A stretch of DNA of 53,988 nt from a virus (Duplodnaviria; Caudoviricetes). The translations under genes were made by a program, and so were the position numbers. The notes beneath the pieces were generated by a model. That model had not been told where the DNA came from, did no database searches, and saw nothing but the letters and a program-made list of their open reading frames with translations. The stretch's first letter is position 1, and every line of letters begins with the position of its first letter. This document shows, in pieces, positions 45,001 through 53,667 of the stretch. The stretch spans positions 1-53,988 of IMG/VR virus record IMGVR_UViG_3300037502_002706. The stretch is one strand, 5' to 3'.

Positions 45001-45921
45001 CAGCCCGGCGCTCGGCGCCGGAGTGGGCGACGGGGCAGGCGTGGCGCCCGGGGCAGGGGCCGGAGTGGGCGCGGGCGGGAACGCCTTACCGCGCAGGTAT
45101 GCCCAGTCCGCGTCCGTCTGCGGACCAATCGTCCGCCCCACCTCGGCGCGCACCTCGGCGTCGGTGTAGCCCTGATTGATGAGCGAACGGTACAGCGAGA
45201 TTTTCTGCGCCTCAGAGAAGTTCCGCGCCACAGGGTCAATGTTGCCGTAGGTCGGCGAGCGCAGCTGGTTGCCGAAGTAGCTGCCCATGGCGCGGTACAA
45301 GTCCTCGCCGCCCAGCCCCCAGCGGGCCATCTCAGCGCCGATCGCTTGGTCGCCGACGTAGGGGTTCTCGCCAAAATACTTGCGGATGTTGGCGTTCATG
45401 CCTTCCAGGCCGATGCCCCCCGGGGCGGTAGCCGCCCGGTAGGCGGCCGAGCGCGGCGGCTGTAGGCCCATCGCGTTGCGAATGTCCAAGTCGGACACGC
45501 CCCACTCGTTCTGCGCCTCCCGCACCTGCGCGGGAGTGGCGTTGGGGTTAGCCGCAAACCAGTCCCGAATCTTGCGGTTCATCTCATCTTGCCCCACGCC
45601 ACCCGGCGCCATGGCGGCCCGCTGCGCGGTTGAGAATGTCACCGCCGGCGGGGTGGTAGGAGTACCAGTCTGGAACTGCTCCTGCAGGTACATCGGCGTG
45701 CTCGCGAGCCTCCGCTGGTAGTCCTTGACGTACTGGTCGTAGACAGACTGGTCGGTCGCGTAGCGCTGCTGCAGCTGCTCAAACTGCGCCGGCGTGAGCT
45801 TACCCTCACCGGTGCCCACCATTTCAGCATACGCCCCCGGCGGCAGCGCGCCGCTGTAAGGCGCGATGGTCGGGGTGGACACCCCGTACTGCTGCATCAG
45901 CCGATTGAGTTCGAATCCCAT
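42076..45921 (-). CDS. Large modular internal virion / ejection protein
   Basis: 1281 aa. Three pairs of repeated small domains with P/A/T linkers, FAKGG motif, coiled-coil C-terminus ending FGGAPTEGER. Confidence 0.7.
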   Translation of the reverse strand: MGFELNRLMQQYGVSTPTIAPYSGALPPGAYAEMVGTGEGKLTPAQFEQLQQRYATDQSVYDQYVKDYQRRLASTPMYLQEQFQTGTPTTPPAVTFSTAQRAAMAPGGVGQDEMNRKIRDWFAANPNATPAQVREAQNEWGVSDLDIRNAMGLQPPRSAAYRAATAPGGIGLEGMNANIRKYFGENPYVGDQAIGAEMARWGLGGEDLYRAMGSYFGNQLRSPTYGNIDPVARNFSEAQKISLYRSLINQGYTDAEVRAEVGRTIGPQTDADWAYLRGKAFPPAPTPAPAPGATPAPSPTPAPSAGLTIRTGLTTEAQKIAEYERLRAAGLTDAQARTMAEQAYGRQSDADWAYLVSKSRFGTPAPTPAPAQPDVRTQPTVKPLGVVTAAPAVVAAPAAASVRDVKAMLPAGWSGITDPQEKIRWFNQNRVTATELRAAGVPQADIDWMASNGYNPSAAAAGGTAVGAASAVPAAQSAASAEPVQTLGQMAERYTGTPTVRTASAAGGAGQPAAQTPSEQPAGGVSAAQETQAMPAAQTGASWYVGADYKTPVLRSGRLGVTLDLRGQPQAISYYNEAGEKLSSSVFSAPELLRNAQKYGININDALGIGQGLEFNKIGYKPGDLYRGSGSDHGIDFEDLAAGGYGTVYDWTKDPLAAIKGPGALEGLKADQELARSLGLKPSALTRSSAQILPEKLAPTISMKAGHRPYIVNRGGSAASFGTLAEARKYASEFGGTVNDLSALPTVNADNPNARAGNIQSFLPPGETATTALPATQAATTSLPVTQPTTSPAAQVAGPRDLMSLLPSDWGSYDPAKKISWFNAQGVRPDQLMAQGTSQADIDWMRGQGYNFAKGGAVKLKRFQIGGLNTDSDRDKDFATLAEEYGAQPPSGVGAAPITAPAATGAPAAAPQPMNLESMLAKYMQPGAGGMNYGQELAAARQAAQRETAAFERLLQQAIAQPEQAPSKSELYFRLAAAFADPGKTGSFGEGLGKAAGAVAEQKKAEREAARASAAQKLQLGLTAQQARMQGAKEDVTTLRGLAAKEEESKRAVATELLKEWVKKNDPVSSAGKQAQDEGLTPGTPEFQARVKQISDTRIDQQMTQINAMVAQMSTAAAQLALAQKKDVRAEAATKKLTPGEVKLKTETEDLVQSADSALSMLQRAYELSPKAFDASLPDMAQRKVLEAAGSKDKKLIATREMENLLGEQALAKLRATFGGAPTEGERAILMDLSGIGAKSREEREQILKNAFRVLRDRRAAHRRRLEDIKAGLYGEKTEAE

Positions 45922-45946
45922 ACCGTGTTCTCCTACTGTGCCGACT

Positions 45947-48808
45947 TTAGCCGCCCGTCAGACCCTTGTACGCAAACAACCCGGAAGCCAGCTGCGACAG
46001 CGGAGACGGCGCAAATTGCGTCGTGTAGCCTTGCTGCGTGGTGGTCTGCGGCGTGATGGGCGCCATGCCGCGAATCTGCGTGCTCAGGAAGTCAAGCTGC
46101 TGCCGGGGGTACAACTGCTGCTCCATGAACTGCTGGTAAGCCATGTCTAGCTGGCGTTGTTGCTGCGCCTGCTGTGCGCCACCGGCGGTCTCCAGCGCGG
46201 CCACGTCCGCAGCGCGCATGCCTTGGCCCATCTGCGCCATGTTGGCTAGTTGGCCCAGCGCGCCAGCCTGGCGCTGGTAGTCTGCCGCCTGCGCACCCTG
46301 CACCGCCCCTGCGGCGCCCAGGCCGAACTGCTGCTGCGCTTGGCCGGCGCCCATGCGCGCCTGCCCCAGCGCGGCGAGGTTCTGCATCTGCTGCGCGGTG
46401 AGCTGGCCTTGCGCCTGCCCGATGTTGGTGAGGTTGGCCATACGCTGGCCCGCCAACTGCCCGGCGGTCTGGCCCAGGTTGGCGTACAGGTTGGCCTGCT
46501 GTGCGGCGGCGCCGGTCTGCGCTTGGCCTAGGTTGGTGAGCGCGGCCATCTGCTGCCCCGTGAGCTGGCCGCGGGTTTGCGCAATGTTGGCGAGCGCTTG
46601 CTGCTCCTGAGCGGTGAGCTGGCCTCGGGCCTGCCCAGCAGCGAGCAGGTTTTGCGCCTGCTGCCCCGTGAGCTGTCCGGTGGCCTGACCCAGCGCGGTG
46701 AGCGCGCCGGCCTGCTGTGCGGCTGCGGCGGTTTGCGCCTGCCCCAGGTTGGTCATGGCGGCGGCTTGCTGTGCGGTGAGCTGTCCGCGAGCCTGCCCCA
46801 GGTTGGCTAGGTTCTGCTGCTCTTGCGCAGTGAGCTGCCCGGCGGCCTGACCGGCGGCCAGTTGCGACTGAGCCTGCTGAGCGGTGAGTGCGCCGCGAGT
46901 CTGAGCGATGTTGGCCAGGGCTTGTTGGTCCTGTGCGGTAAGCTGGCCTGCGGCCTGCCCGGCGGCCAGCCGGGACTGAGCCTGCTGCGCCGTGAGTTGC
47001 CCACGCGACTGCGCAATGTTAGCCAGGGCTTGCTGCTCCTGAGCTGTAAGCTGTCCGGTGGCTTGGCCCGCGGCGAGAAGGCTCTGCGCCTGTTGTGCGG
47101 AGAGTTGGCCCCGGGTCTGGCCGATGTTAGCCAGCGCTTGTTGCTCTTGAGCGGTGAGTTGGCCGGCCGCCTGCCCGGTGGCAAGGCGGCTTTGCGCCTG
47201 CTGGGCAGCTAGCTGGCCCGCAGTCTGGCCCAATGCGCCGAGCTGCTGTGCGCCTTCCAGCTGACGTTGGATGTCCGCCCCGGCAAGCCCGCCGGCCGTG
47301 CTAGCCAGCTGAGCCTGCCGCGCCAAGTCCGCCTGCGAGGCCTGCAGCGCTTGGCCGTAGCCCTGCTGCAGCGCCTGCGACTGCTCGCGCAGCACGGCTT
47401 CCTGCGTGTCGCGTAGGGCTCGAGCACCAAACTCGCCCATGCGCGAACCGCCGAACTGCCCAGCGCGGATGAACGCATCGGACACCGCGGATAGCAGGTT
47501 CTCGCTCAGGTTACGGGCGCCCTGTCTAGCGATCTGGTCAGCCACCGCCTGCTGGTAGGGGCTCATGTACTGCCCGATGCCGGTGGCGCCGGACTGCGCA
47601 GCGCCCTGCAGGTACGGCTGCGCAGCACCCATAGCGCGCTGGCCCATGGCGCCCTGCAGCGCGCCGGCCGCTTGCCCCATGTACGGCTGCGCCGCGCCAG
47701 CAATGTTCGCCGCGCCCGCTTCAGCTAGCAAAGGCTGCGCCGCGCCGTACGCGCTCAACCCGGCCGCCCGACCCAGCTCAGGGGCTGCGGCGCCGGTAAT
47801 GTCTTGCGCGGCGGCCCGCCCAATCATCGGCGCGGCGGCCTGAGCTCCGCTCAGCGCTTCAGCACGGCCGAGCCCGGGAGCGGCTGCACCGTAAATGTCA
47901 GCTGCGCCCGCTTGGCCCAGCAGCGGACCCGCCGCCCCGTAGGCGCTCATGCCAGCGGCTTGGCCCAGCTCGGGGGCGGCCGCACCGTAGATGTCGGCTG
48001 CGCCGGCCCTGCCAATGTAGGGCGACGCGGCGCCGTAGCCGCTCAGCCCGGCTGCGCGAGCAAAGTCCCCCGCCCCCGCGCCGTAGATGTCAGCCCCGCC
48101 GGCACGCCCGAACGCGCCAGCCCCCGCCCCGGCTATGTTGCCGGCGCCGGCCTGCTGAAAGTACGGAGCCGCCGCGCCCGGAATGTTCAACGCGGTGGCG
48201 GCTGAAATGTCAGTGCCTGCGGCACGAGAACCGCTCAGCGCTTCGGCCGCGGTTAGTCCGCGCTCGGCCGCGCCCGGCGCGTTCAACAACTGCGCCGAGT
48301 AAAACGAACCCCCACCGGCGTTGCCGATGTTTTCGTTCTGCGCCAACATCATGTAGTTGGCCGCTGCGGCCCCCGGGTCAATACCCTGAGCAGTGTTGAA
48401 TGCGCCCTGCGCCGCGCCGGGAATGTTGTACCCCTCGGCCGCGCTAAACAGGCGCTGCCCCGCGGCGAGCTCGGTAGCCGGCGTGCCCGGCTGCAGGTAG
48501 CCCGCCTGGGCGGTCTTCAGCGCCTCGGCGGTGCCCGCTCCAGTCAAACCCTGCATGCCGTACTGCGCGGTCTGCATGGCGGGAGCCCAAGTGCCCTGGT
48601 TGGCTTGCACGTTGGTGTAGGCCTGTTGCTGCAGCGGCGAAAGCTCCGCCACGCGGGGCATCGCGTACTGCTGGAAGGGCTGGTTGGCGATGTTCTGCGA
48701 CCACTGAATCTGGTTGTAGATCGCATCCTGCATCCACTTGGGCGTCTCGCTGGTGGATGTGGTGTAAGAGGGCGCCTGCTGCGGCGTGCCGGAAAACAAA
48801 CCAGCCAT
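45947..48808 (-). CDS. Q/A/G-rich ejection (pilot-like) protein with two repeat arms
   Basis: RVAELSPLQQQA, YMSPYQQAV, AGQFGGSR, QQLYP.QQL motifs, with 16-aa and 18-aa repeats. Confidence 0.7.
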   Translation of the reverse strand: MAGLFSGTPQQAPSYTTSTSETPKWMQDAIYNQIQWSQNIANQPFQQYAMPRVAELSPLQQQAYTNVQANQGTWAPAMQTAQYGMQGLTGAGTAEALKTAQAGYLQPGTPATELAAGQRLFSAAEGYNIPGAAQGAFNTAQGIDPGAAAANYMMLAQNENIGNAGGGSFYSAQLLNAPGAAERGLTAAEALSGSRAAGTDISAATALNIPGAAAPYFQQAGAGNIAGAGAGAFGRAGGADIYGAGAGDFARAAGLSGYGAASPYIGRAGAADIYGAAAPELGQAAGMSAYGAAGPLLGQAGAADIYGAAAPGLGRAEALSGAQAAAPMIGRAAAQDITGAAAPELGRAAGLSAYGAAQPLLAEAGAANIAGAAQPYMGQAAGALQGAMGQRAMGAAQPYLQGAAQSGATGIGQYMSPYQQAVADQIARQGARNLSENLLSAVSDAFIRAGQFGGSRMGEFGARALRDTQEAVLREQSQALQQGYGQALQASQADLARQAQLASTAGGLAGADIQRQLEGAQQLGALGQTAGQLAAQQAQSRLATGQAAGQLTAQEQQALANIGQTRGQLSAQQAQSLLAAGQATGQLTAQEQQALANIAQSRGQLTAQQAQSRLAAGQAAGQLTAQDQQALANIAQTRGALTAQQAQSQLAAGQAAGQLTAQEQQNLANLGQARGQLTAQQAAAMTNLGQAQTAAAAQQAGALTALGQATGQLTGQQAQNLLAAGQARGQLTAQEQQALANIAQTRGQLTGQQMAALTNLGQAQTGAAAQQANLYANLGQTAGQLAGQRMANLTNIGQAQGQLTAQQMQNLAALGQARMGAGQAQQQFGLGAAGAVQGAQAADYQRQAGALGQLANMAQMGQGMRAADVAALETAGGAQQAQQQRQLDMAYQQFMEQQLYPRQQLDFLSTQIRGMAPITPQTTTQQGYTTQFAPSPLSQLASGLFAYKGLTGG
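46325..47317 (-). repeat. 54-bp (18-aa) coding tandem repeat, about 17-18 units
   Basis: Alternating LANIGQTRGQLTAQQAQS and xLAAGQAAGQLTAQEQQA units. Confidence 0.85.
47594..48430 (-). repeat. 48-bp (16-aa) coding tandem repeat, about 17 units
   Basis: Alternating ADIYGAAAPELGQAAG and LSAYGAAxPLLGQAGA units. Confidence 0.8.
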
Positions 48809-48812
48809 GATG

Positions 48813-50675
48813 TCACATTCCCTTCATGTAAGCGGCCAACGACTTGGCGTTGGGGCTGAACTTGCCCCGCGCCAGCGCTCGGCCCTTGTGGCGCCGCACT
48901 TGGGCGCGGAACTCGTCCAGGCGCTTGGCGCCGGCCTGCGTGGAGCCGTCGCCCAGCAGGGCCACCGTCTCGGCGTCCATCACGTACTCGCCGTCAGACA
49001 GCCGGGCGTTGACTGTGTCGTCGCGGCCCGTGCCGCCACCCCGCACCAGCCGCGCCACCTCGCCCAGGCCCCCACGGGCGTAACCGCCGGGTGGCTGCTC
49101 CACCGGCTGCTCGGCAGGAGCCGCAGGGCTCGCGGCTGAGGTGGCAGGCGACTTGGCGCCCGGGACGTTGTACGCGCCGGAGGTAACCTGCGGCCAGTAG
49201 GTGGCCATGAACTGCGCCAGCGACATGTTGCGCATGTTGGCGTCGTTCTGCATCTTGCTCCAGTCCCACTGAATGCTAGGGCGGTTGAAGTACTCTTGCT
49301 GCGCGGGGCTGAGCTGCTGAATGGCTTGCTGTGCGGCGGGCGGGCGCGCCCCTGCTAGGCTGCTGAGCGTTGCAAGTTGGCCTAGCGTCTTGAGCGGCGA
49401 GCTAGGTGCGGTGGCGCGTGCCGAACCGACGCTGGTCGGCAGTTGCGTGCCGGGAGGAAGTTTCAAACCCTCACCCGTCGGCACCCCGGCGCTGGTGACG
49501 CCTTGCGTGGCCAAGTCGCTAGCTTGCGCCAGCGGAGACTGAGCAGGTACGCGCAGTTCCGAGCCGGTAATTCCTTCTGCGTTGGCGGGTATTGTGGTGG
49601 CGGGGCTGAGACTGTAGTCCGCTGAGCCACCCGCAGGCGCACTGCGCATGGACTCCACCGCCGCCTGCGAGGGCCTGAGTCCCGGGCCCGCCGGCCGGTA
49701 CATTGCCCCAGCGGCCAAGCCAGACAGCGCTCCGCCGGCCAGCGCCTCCTTGGGCGAGTAGCCCGCGGTGAGCATGTTGCCCGCCATGCGGCCGCCGGCG
49801 CCGATGCCGGCACCCACCGCGCCTTCGCCCACGCCCTGCGCCAGTTGCCCCAGCCCGGCACCCGCAGCCCCGGTGAGCGCCCCTTTGACAAAGCCCTGGC
49901 CGGTCAGCGCGCCGGCGGCCCCGCCGACCAGCGCCCCGCCCAGCACCTGCTGTCCCGTCTGGCCGAGCCCGAGGCCCAAGGCCTCGCTGGCGCTGGAGCC
50001 CACCGCACCACCCAGCCCGCCACCCAACCCGCCGAGCACCGCGCCTTGCAGCACGTTGCCTCCGGTCAGGCCGGCGGTGACGCCACCAATGACCGCCTGA
50101 CCGAGGACCGCTGCGGTGGTGCCGGCTGCGCCCAGCGCGGTGCCGATGGCGGCGCCCAATCCAGGCACGACAAAGTTCAAGGCGATGGGCAGCACCGCGG
50201 CGAACAACTTCTTCAGGCTGAAGTACTGCGGCAGCCCGGTGTCGGGGTTTACAGTGCCCGCGCCGCCGCGCGCCTTGAGCAGTGCGGCCTCTTCGGGGCT
50301 GATGTGCGCCAGCATGGTATCGCCCAGACGCCCCCGGCTGGCCAGTGTGCGCATGCTCGCCAGTCCGCCACGGCGCATCGCCACCTGCTCGGGCGAGGGG
50401 CGCTCGCGCAGTTTGTACAGCACCACCAGCACCGCCATCAGCACCTGCGCGTCAAACCGCTCGGGCAGGTCGCCGGGCTCCACCATGTCGTCCCGCACCG
50501 CAGCGGCGCGAATCTCAGGGTAAGCCTTGGGCTGCTGGAGCGCAAACTCCAGCATGCTGATCAGCTCCTCTACCTGCTCCGGGGCGACGTCGGCGAGTTC
50601 GTCCTGCACCGCGTTCAGCGCGGGGGCAAACTGCTCGTCCTGGCTGGCCGCTCGGGTAACTTGCAAAATGTCCAT
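48813..50675 (-). CDS. Internal virion / ejection protein with glycine-zipper membrane segment
   Basis: GRLGDTMLAHISPEEAALLK..GGAGT.NP.TGLPQYF, long GxxxG hydrophobic region, C-terminal GGGTGRDD.V.ARLSDGEYV. Confidence 0.7.
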   Translation of the reverse strand: MDILQVTRAASQDEQFAPALNAVQDELADVAPEQVEELISMLEFALQQPKAYPEIRAAAVRDDMVEPGDLPERFDAQVLMAVLVVLYKLRERPSPEQVAMRRGGLASMRTLASRGRLGDTMLAHISPEEAALLKARGGAGTVNPDTGLPQYFSLKKLFAAVLPIALNFVVPGLGAAIGTALGAAGTTAAVLGQAVIGGVTAGLTGGNVLQGAVLGGLGGGLGGAVGSSASEALGLGLGQTGQQVLGGALVGGAAGALTGQGFVKGALTGAAGAGLGQLAQGVGEGAVGAGIGAGGRMAGNMLTAGYSPKEALAGGALSGLAAGAMYRPAGPGLRPSQAAVESMRSAPAGGSADYSLSPATTIPANAEGITGSELRVPAQSPLAQASDLATQGVTSAGVPTGEGLKLPPGTQLPTSVGSARATAPSSPLKTLGQLATLSSLAGARPPAAQQAIQQLSPAQQEYFNRPSIQWDWSKMQNDANMRNMSLAQFMATYWPQVTSGAYNVPGAKSPATSAASPAAPAEQPVEQPPGGYARGGLGEVARLVRGGGTGRDDTVNARLSDGEYVMDAETVALLGDGSTQAGAKRLDEFRAQVRRHKGRALARGKFSPNAKSLAAYMKGM

Positions 50676-50690
50676 GGTGTGGTGCCTCTC

Positions 50691-50921
50691 TCAGGCCAAC
50701 ATCTGAATGAACCGCTCGGCCCATTCGCGCCAGTCGGTGAATTGGTACGGGTTGGGGAAGTTCCGCCCCAGCGTGGTGTTGTTGAAGAACTGCACCGCCC
50801 AGTCTTGCCACTTGGACTCGTCCATCAACTTGCCGAACGCGCCATAGTTGTCCAGGTCCAGCACGATCTGGTCGGCCCAGTCGCGCAGCGCCATGCCGGT
50901 GGGGCGGGTGACGGTGGTCAT
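50691..50921 (-). CDS. Small Trp-rich virion-module protein
   Basis: WAD...WQDWA...PNPYQF.DWREWA, overlaps the upstream stop. Confidence 0.7.
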   Translation of the reverse strand: MTTVTRPTGMALRDWADQIVLDLDNYGAFGKLMDESKWQDWAVQFFNNTTLGRNFPNPYQFTDWREWAERFIQMLA

Positions 50922-52456
50922 CCGAGCACCGTCCCGTCCGCAGGTCCAATGTGGCCGATGATCTGCCCCATCTGGTAGTCGCCGCCCACCTCAAAGCTCT
51001 CAAACCGCACACGCAGCTCGCGCCGCTGCTGCTTGAGCATGACAATTTGCTCGTAGGGTTGCGTCGCACTGGCCGGGAACGTCACGGCCGAGCTCACCAC
51101 CTCAGGCGCGCGAGCGTTGGCCCGGCCCGTAATGCGCACACTCATCGCGCCGGACTGCACAAAGTCGGGCTCGATTGAGGTGATGCGCAGCGCGGCGTCT
51201 GCCCCCTGCGGCAGCGAGGACAAGTCGGCCGTTTCAAAGTACGACTGCACAGGCTCAATGCGCTGGCCGTCGATCTGGTCAGCGCCCTGCTCGTGAATCC
51301 AAACCCGGTAGCCGTCCGGCGTGGGCACCGCATCGGTGAGCAGCGGCGCTGCAAAGCCGTTGTTAAAGGTGCCCGCCGAGCGGAACGAGGCCGGCAGCGC
51401 AGTGTCGTACCACGTGTTCTCGCGCACGTTGTAGATGACCGCGTGCGTGCACTCCGAGGCATCGCCCCGCGGGTAGCACCACCAGATTTCACCGTAGCGC
51501 GGCACCTTGAATGCAAACACCTTGCTGTGCTGGTTCGGGTTCAGCCCGTCGTAGAAGTAGTTCAAGTTCAACGAGTTGGGCACGTCGCGCACCACCCCGT
51601 TGAACATGAGGAAGCGGTCCACCCCGGCCCAGTAGAACACCCCGTCGTAGTCCACTACGCAGTCGGCTGACAGAATAGACGTGTCAGTAGCAATGACGTC
51701 GTACTGGAAGACGGTGGGGCTGCCGGTGAACGTGGCGCGCAGCACCGCATCCCACGCCCAAAACAACCCCGCCGGGGCCGAGCCCGCCCCCGCCCGCAGC
51801 GGCATGCCCTTGATGATCTTCTGCCCCCAGGGGCGGGAAATACCGCTACCCACGCCAGACAGGTCGGTCGGGTCGCCGGGCACCGAGTGGCCGATGACGC
51901 CCGCCGTGCCGTAGTAGAACAGGTACGGGTGCAGCACCACGATGCCGCCCGTGGCGTTGGCGCCGGCGGGCAGCGTGATAGCGCTCAGGGCGGCGGTGCC
52001 CAGCACGTCGCCAATGTAGATTTCGCCTCCCACGTCATTGCACGCGCAGGAGCCGTTGGGCGCTACATGGGCGATGATGGAGTTGTCGGTCGACGAACTG
52101 TCGTACATGTACTGGAACATCCAGCGGTTCTCGGCCGAGGCGGTGAGCCCGGCCGGCGTGCGATCGCTGACGATGGACGAGTTCTTGCTCGCATCAATGG
52201 TGAACCGCTCCAGCAGCGTGGCGCTGCCCGAGTGGCAGTACTGTAGGCGCTGCTGCGTGAACGTGGTGAACCCGCGGCTGATCTCGGTCAGGTACTTGCT
52301 GATTGAGCGGTAGCCGCCGATCTTGCGAGGCAGCCCGCGCTGAAACCGCACCCACTGCCCGTCAACGTAGAAGTCGCCGTCGTACTTGGTGCCGTCGCGC
52401 TTGATGCCCGGCTGCGACCGCAGCACGGTGGGGGTGGTGGCTTCGCCTGCTGCCAT
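50918..52456 (-). CDS. Putative tail hub / stabilisation protein (P22 gp10-like position)
   Basis: PGIKRDGT, WVRFQRGLPRKIGG, EIWWCYP..C...VIYN..E.TW, beta-rich. Confidence 0.65.
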   Translation of the reverse strand: MAAGEATTPTVLRSQPGIKRDGTKYDGDFYVDGQWVRFQRGLPRKIGGYRSISKYLTEISRGFTTFTQQRLQYCHSGSATLLERFTIDASKNSSIVSDRTPAGLTASAENRWMFQYMYDSSSTDNSIIAHVAPNGSCACNDVGGEIYIGDVLGTAALSAITLPAGANATGGIVVLHPYLFYYGTAGVIGHSVPGDPTDLSGVGSGISRPWGQKIIKGMPLRAGAGSAPAGLFWAWDAVLRATFTGSPTVFQYDVIATDTSILSADCVVDYDGVFYWAGVDRFLMFNGVVRDVPNSLNLNYFYDGLNPNQHSKVFAFKVPRYGEIWWCYPRGDASECTHAVIYNVRENTWYDTALPASFRSAGTFNNGFAAPLLTDAVPTPDGYRVWIHEQGADQIDGQRIEPVQSYFETADLSSLPQGADAALRITSIEPDFVQSGAMSVRITGRANARAPEVVSSAVTFPASATQPYEQIVMLKQQRRELRVRFESFEVGGDYQMGQIIGHIGPADGTVLG

Positions 52457-52466
52457 GATCGCCTAG

Positions 52467-53663
52467 TCAGAACGCGCCGCCCTGCACCACGCCGGCCGGA
52501 GCCACGCCCAGCGCGGCGTAAGCGGCCGACTGCGAGGCCGCCGTAAACAGCGCGTCGCCCGTCGCGGTGGCGCCCAGGTTGATTCGAGCAGCCGAGGCGG
52601 TGGTAGCGCCGGTGCCGCCCTGCGACACCGTGAGCGGCAGCGAGATGCCCGCGGTGTTGCCGTTGAGCACGTCTGTGCCGTCGCAGAACAGGATGGCCCG
52701 CTCACCCTGCGCCACAATGACACCCGTGCCCGCTGCGGTCTTCACCTCCAGCGTGTAAGCGCCGGTGGTGTCGTTGCCCACCCAGTACTGCTGCACCGTA
52801 GCGGGCACCACCACGTCGCGGTTGCCAGTCAGCACGCCCGTGAACGAATAGGCGATGCGGTTCAACTCAGCCCCGGCCAGCGTGTAGGTGCCCGTGCCCG
52901 CCACGTCAATGGACGTGTAGTCGAACGCGAACACCGCGTCCTGGCCAAAGCCGATAGTGTAGTACGCGGCGCCGTCGGTGGCGATGATGGCCGAGTCGCC
53001 TGGCTGAAAACTCTTGGACGACAACCCGTCAATCAGAATTCCGCCCGCGGGGTCCGCCACAATCGCGCCCGAACCCTCATTGCGCAGGTACAAGAACCAG
53101 TTGTCGCCCACCGTGGGCGCCGAGGGCAAGGTGAGCGTGCCGCCCGCGCCGCCCCAAACAAACAGTTTGGCCCGGTCGCTGACGCCGGCGGTGTAGTTGC
53201 TGTTGAAGTTGTTCACCGGCACCGACTGCGACAGCGCAGTGCCCACCGCCACAATGCCCGTGCCGGCCAGCGAGCTGGCGTCCACGGTGGAGGCGCCCAC
53301 CCCGTACTGCAGCGCCCGCCAGGTGCCCGCCGGGTTGGCGTTGCCCGCGAGGTACACCTGCCACTGCACCCCCGGGGCGATGACCGCTACCTGTGTGCCG
53401 ACGCTGTTGCGCACCGTGAAGCTGTCGCCACCCCGGTTGTTGAACAGTATCGTCTGCCCCGGAGCTGCCTTGTCCGCCTCGGGCAGGTAGATGCTCAGCC
53501 CGGCCGCAGCCGGGGTGATGTCCATGATCTTGGCGGCTAGATTGTTGCTAGCGGAGGTCTCCTCCGGCCAGCTGAGCGTGATGTCGGCGCTGAGCGCCAC
53601 CGCGAGGTAGCTGACCTCGCTGGGGTAGATGTTGGCGCCGCCAAAGACGTCGGTGTAGCTCAT
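52467..53663 (-). CDS. Tail structural / short fibre protein
   Basis: Beta-rich, repeated TLP.A..GD.W...RN segments, C-terminal GGTGATTASAARINLG fibre motif. Confidence 0.6.
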   Translation of the reverse strand: MSYTDVFGGANIYPSEVSYLAVALSADITLSWPEETSASNNLAAKIMDITPAAAGLSIYLPEADKAAPGQTILFNNRGGDSFTVRNSVGTQVAVIAPGVQWQVYLAGNANPAGTWRALQYGVGASTVDASSLAGTGIVAVGTALSQSVPVNNFNSNYTAGVSDRAKLFVWGGAGGTLTLPSAPTVGDNWFLYLRNEGSGAIVADPAGGILIDGLSSKSFQPGDSAIIATDGAAYYTIGFGQDAVFAFDYTSIDVAGTGTYTLAGAELNRIAYSFTGVLTGNRDVVVPATVQQYWVGNDTTGAYTLEVKTAAGTGVIVAQGERAILFCDGTDVLNGNTAGISLPLTVSQGGTGATTASAARINLGATATGDALFTAASQSAAYAALGVAPAGVVQGGAF

Positions 53664-53667
53664 GGTG

